Source of the DNA: Asterias rubens | Taxonomy: Eukaryota | Direction: 5' to 3' | Assembly (NCBI RefSeq): GCF_902459465.1 | Contig: NC_047083.1 | Span: 6,448,001-6,512,000, forward strand | DNA length: 64,000 nucleotides | Shown here: one piece after another, positions 59,430-64,000 of the stretch | How positions within the stretch are numbered: position 1 is the stretch's first letter | Layout of the letters: each line of letters opens with the position of its first letter | The notes under the pieces: generated by a model | What the model was told of the DNA's origin: nothing | The model's input: only the letters and a program-made list of their open reading frames with translations | Databases searched by the model: none | Translations under genes and position numbers: made by a program

Positions 59430-61700
59430 TAAATACTTTGATGCTCATTTTAAACTGACTCATCTTTCTTAGAAGACCTAGGGCCTACTTGTATTTGTGT
59501 TGCGTTTGCATAAATACTTTGTTGCTCATTTTAAACTGACTCATCTTTCTTAGAAGACCTAGGGCCTACTTGTATTTGTGTTGTGTTTGCATAAATACTT
59601 TGTTGCTCATTTTAAACTGACTCATCTTTCTAAGAAGACCTAGGGCCTACTTGTATTTGTGTTGTGTTTGCATAAATACTTTGATGCTCATTTTAAACTG
59701 ACTCATCTTTCTTAGAAGACCTAGGGCCTACTTGTATTTGTGTTGTGTTTGCATAAATACTTTGATGCTCATTTTAAACTGACTCATCTTTCTTAGAAGA
59801 CCTAGGGCCTACTTGTATTTGTGTTGTGTTTGCATAAATACTTTGATGCTCATTTTAAAACGACTCATCTTTCTTAGAAGGCCTAGGGCCTACTTGTATT
59901 TGTGTTGTGTTTGCATAAATACTTTGTTGCTCATTTTAAACTGACTCATCTTTCTTAGAAGACCTAGGGCCTACTTGTATTTGTGTTGTGTTTGCATAAA
60001 TACTTTGTTGCTCATTTTAAACTGACTCATCTTTCTTAGAAGACCTAGGGCCTACTTGTATTTGTGTTGTGTTTGCATAAATACTTTGATGCTCATTTTA
60101 AACTGACTCATCTTTCTTAGAAGGCCTAGGGTCTACTTGTATTTGTGTTGTGTTTGCATAAATACTTTGTTTCTCATTTTAAACTGACTCATCTTTCTTA
60201 GAAGGCCTAGGGCCTACTTGTATTTGTGTTGTGTTTGCATAAATACTTTGATGCTCATTTTAAACTGACTCATCTTTCTTAGAAGGCCTAGGGCCTACTT
60301 GTATTTGTGTTGTGTTTGCATAAATACTTTGATTCTCATTTTAAACTGACTCATCTTTCTTAGAAGGCCTAGGGCCTACTTGTATTTGTGTTGTGTTTGC
60401 ATAAATACTTTGATGCTCATTTTAAACTGACTCATCTTTCTTAGAAGGCCTAGGGCCTACTTGTATTTGTGTTGTGTTTGCATAAATACTTTGATGCTCA
60501 TTTTAAACTGACTCATCTTTCTTAGAAGGCCTAGGGTCTACTTGTATTTGTGTTGTGTTTGCATAAATACTTTGTTGCTCATTTTAAACTGACTCATCTT
60601 TCTTAGAAGACCTAGGGCCTACTTGTATTTGTGTTGTGTTTGCATAAATACTTTGTTTCTCATTTTAAACTGACTCATCTTTCTTAGAAGGCCTAGGGCC
60701 TACTTGTATTTGTGTTGTGTTTGCATAAATACTTTGTTTCTCATTTTAAACTGACTCATCTTTCTTAGAAGGCCTAGGGCCTACTTGTATTTGTGTTGTG
60801 TTTGCATAAATACTTTGTTTCTCATTTTAAACTGACTCATCTTTCTTAGAAGGCCTAGGGCCTACTTGTATTTGTGTTGTGTTTGCATAAATACTTTGAT
60901 GCTCATTTTAAACTGACTCATCTTTCTTAGAAGGCCTAGGGCCTACTTGTATTTGTGTTGTGTTTGCATAAATACTTTGTTGCTCATTTTAAACTGACTC
61001 ATCTTTCTTAGAAGACCTAGGGCCTACTTGTATTTGTGTTGTGTTTGCGTAAATACTTTGATGCTCATTTTAAACTGACTCATCTTTCTTAGAAGGCCTA
61101 GGGCCTACTTGTATTTGTTTTGTGTTTGCATAAATACTTTGTTTCTCATTTTAAACTGACTCATCTTTCTTAGAAGGCCTAGGGCCTACTTGTATTTGTG
61201 TTGTGTTTGCATAAATACTTTGATGCTCATTTTAAACTGACTCATCTTTCTTAGAAGGCCTAGGGCCTACTTGTATTTGTGTTGTGTTTGCATAAATACT
61301 TTGATGCTCATTTTAAACTGACTCATCTTTCTTAGAAGGCCTAGGGCCTACTTGTATTTGTGTTGTGTTTGCATAAATACTTTGTTGCTCATTTTAAACT
61401 GACTCATCTTTCTTAGAAGACCTAGGGCCTACTTGTATTTGTGTTGTGTTTGCATAAATACTTTGATGCTCATTTTAAACTGACTCATCTTTCTTAGAAG
61501 ACCTAGGGCCTACTTGTATTTGTGTTGTGTTTGCATAAATACTTTGATGCTCATTTTAAACTGACTCATCTTTCTTAGAAGGCCTAGGGCCTACTTGTAT
61601 TTGTGTTGTGTTTGCATAAATACTTTGATGCTCATTTTAAACTGACTCATCTTTCTTAGAAGACCTAGGGCCTACTTGTATTTGTGTTGTGTTTGCATAA
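59430..61700. repeat. 81-bp satellite, ~28 copies
   Basis: taaatactttgatgctcattttaaactgactcatctttcttagaagacctagggcctacttgtatttgtgttgtgtttgca; anchors 59430 and 59511. Confidence 0.97.
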
Positions 61701-62701
61701 AAATGTGTTTTCTTTATGATTGATAAGAACACTCAAAGGCACTGTATAACACTTTTGGTAGTCACTCAAAATAACTGTTAGCATAAAAACTCACATGGCC
61801 TGACATTACAGTAAGATGTCTAATGTTTGCAAACAGATTAAAGAACAATCAAAATAAGAATAAGGTGTTGTGTTTGAAGGTTTAATGTCAACTTAACTTC
61901 TTGCATAGAGCGATTTTGATCATGCTACAAACATTAACTTAAATAAATGCTTTGTCAGATCGAAATCACTCGTTTTACCTTAAAGTACATACTGAATAAA
62001 TACAATACTTTGAAACATAAAATTTCTTATAGCTTGTTTTTTTTTAAGGCACGCAATCCCAATAAAAATTGTAGGATTGCAACACTTAACTTCCTTCTGA
62101 AACGGATATTGGAAAGTCACGGCCCTGGGACACAGAGCGGACGCCCAGATACGTGGTAGTTAGCTATCAACGGTCTCTGCATTCGGAGGACAAGTTCCTG
62201 CTGCACAAGTCAAGTATTCGCAGCTCATGCGAATTACATTTATAGGTAAGTAAAAATTAAATTGATAGTGTAGCTTTTGAAGATAAATAAACCAGGAACA
62301 ATAAACGGTTGAAAATCTATACATGCTTCGAAGGGATATGACATCCTACGCTTTTTAATTTAGTATGCGATGACAATAAGTGTTTGGTAGTTTGTTTATT
62401 TTGTGTATTTCCATTTGCACAGTTTAAACAAAAATCAACAACAGTAATTGTTTATGAAAAATGTAATAACGATGATACAAGTTTAACCCCCTCCTGTAGT
62501 GGAGTACCCATACAACCTTTGTAAAGCGCCTATTCATCGAGATCAATGTGCTGAAAAGAACAAAACCATAGGAACCAAACTACAATAAATAACATCTGAC
62601 ACTAATAAGTTTTGGAGATTTTATGAACAAATGGCAAAGATTTTTCTGAGGCGTTAATGGGAGGTTGTTCCATATTCACGTAGCAATAAAGAACAAGTTC
62701 T

Positions 62702-63274
62702 GGGCCCAATTTCATAGAGCTGCTAAGCACACAAATTTGCTTAGCATGAAATTTCTTCCTTAAAAAAAACCAGGATTACTAACCAAATTTACATTTGTCG
62801 CTTATTGCTCGTAACTGGTATTCAGCTGTTGTCTGATTATCCTGAAAATCACGAGGAAATTCGGTTGGTAATCCTGTTTTGATAAATAAATAAATTTTTG
62901 GGGGCTAATCATCCTTACTCGCAGCTAGAGCTGAACTGCGAAGAGCGCGGCTACAACGTGTTCGAGAAGCAGGCATGCAAGGGCGCATTAAGCTGCCAGC
63001 CACATCAACCCATTATGACCACGGAGCACAGCCAAGATCGAAAGTGTTTGATTTTTTGCTGAGGGAGGAAAACCGGATAGTCTGGGAAAACCCTTGTGGC
63101 ACAGCAGAGAACTAACGCACAACTCAACTCAAATAAAAATGTATGGCCCCGACCGGGAATCGAACCGAGGTCACCTTGGTGAGAGGCGAACGCTTTACGC
63201 AAGCCAACCATGCCAAGGGAGAAATTTCATGCTAAGCAAATTTTTGTGCTTAGCAGCTCTATGAAATTGGGCCC
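62702..63274. mobile_element. MITE gggcccaatttcatagagctgctaagc with nested reverse SINE B
   Basis: Long TIRs at both ends; 62885-63215 is the reverse complement of 58572-58907. Confidence 0.85.
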
Positions 63275-64000
63275 TGGTTGTGAGCAGATGAGAGTGTTAT
63301 GATGGTTGGGTGTTCGGTTTATAGGCGTATGGTATCAGAAGCTTTAGCGTGGCGGTTTGCAAGGCAAGATGATAAGAAGCCTGGTGCTAGTCCTAGGAGA
63401 CATTAGACACAGTTTGAAAGTAAAACTTTGAAAGTTACTCTCTCTTTGACCAGAAGTCAATGTAACTGATGAAAGTATCCAGATTGCGATTGTTTCATAA
63501 CTTATAGGCCTACTAATTGTATGTGAAAATACATACTGCCAACTATTACCATATCAAAAAGACTTCACTATTAGCCTATAATATAAAGAAATCGAATTGA
63601 TAATGACATGCTGATTTAGAACATGAATGACCTTCTTATATATATCAGGTTTAATTTATAAGTTAACCGGAAAGGAGTTAACAAATTAAGGTAGAAGTTT
63701 ACGATAATTGGAAGAAACCAAATCCACTCTACAGATAACAGCAAGACGGATAAGGTTATCTTGTCTTGTAGCAAGGAAATTACACGAAGATGAACTTGGA
63801 TCTAATTATTTATATAATCAAAGCCATGAATGGCAATTTGGACGTTAACAAAATCTCCCAGCTTTAGAAGTTTATATTTGAAGCAAAGAGGAGTGGCATG
63901 TGCATTGTGCTAGATAGGACACACATTACGATTTGCATGTTGTTTAACAGATGTAGTAGTCTTCTTGAACTAGTAGACTTCTTGAAGGAGAGGTACACTT

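Noticed and set aside
62099-62245. Possible exon of a further gene (GC-richer patch followed by gtaag)
   Set aside because: Stops bound every frame I translated and no motif was recognisable; cannot be supported without transcript data.

Overview
AT-rich, repeat-dense animal genomic DNA. The TTAA-flanked MITEs, tRNA-derived SINEs, DIRS element and NXPE gene suggest a marine invertebrate deuterostome such as an echinoderm (inference only). Four host genes were reconstructed by hand. NAT10 (+) contributes its last five coding exons (834-4858). GATD1 (-) is complete (34889-21881, 8 coding exons). An NXPE-family gene (+, 38111-43110) has a frameshift in its last exon. An intronless class A GPCR lies at 47005-48213 (+). 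Between the converging 3' ends of NAT10 and GATD1 is a ~12 kb patchwork of degraded DNA-transposon fragments (piggyBac x2, pogo/Tigger, hAT, RecQ-like, PHD) and several minisatellites. A near-complete DIRS1-type tyrosine-recombinase retrotransposon (51567-57752) abuts a truncated Tx1/L1-like LINE. The most unusual observations are three. First, a 102-bp tandem array multiplies the 3' splice site plus most of GATD1 exon 4, giving six in-frame, stop-free acceptors. Second, a 30 x 46-bp satellite was amplified from a C2H2 zinc-finger coding segment. Third, TA>TACATGTA insertions recur and can be demonstrated against intact repeat copies. All homology calls are from motif recognition, not database searches.
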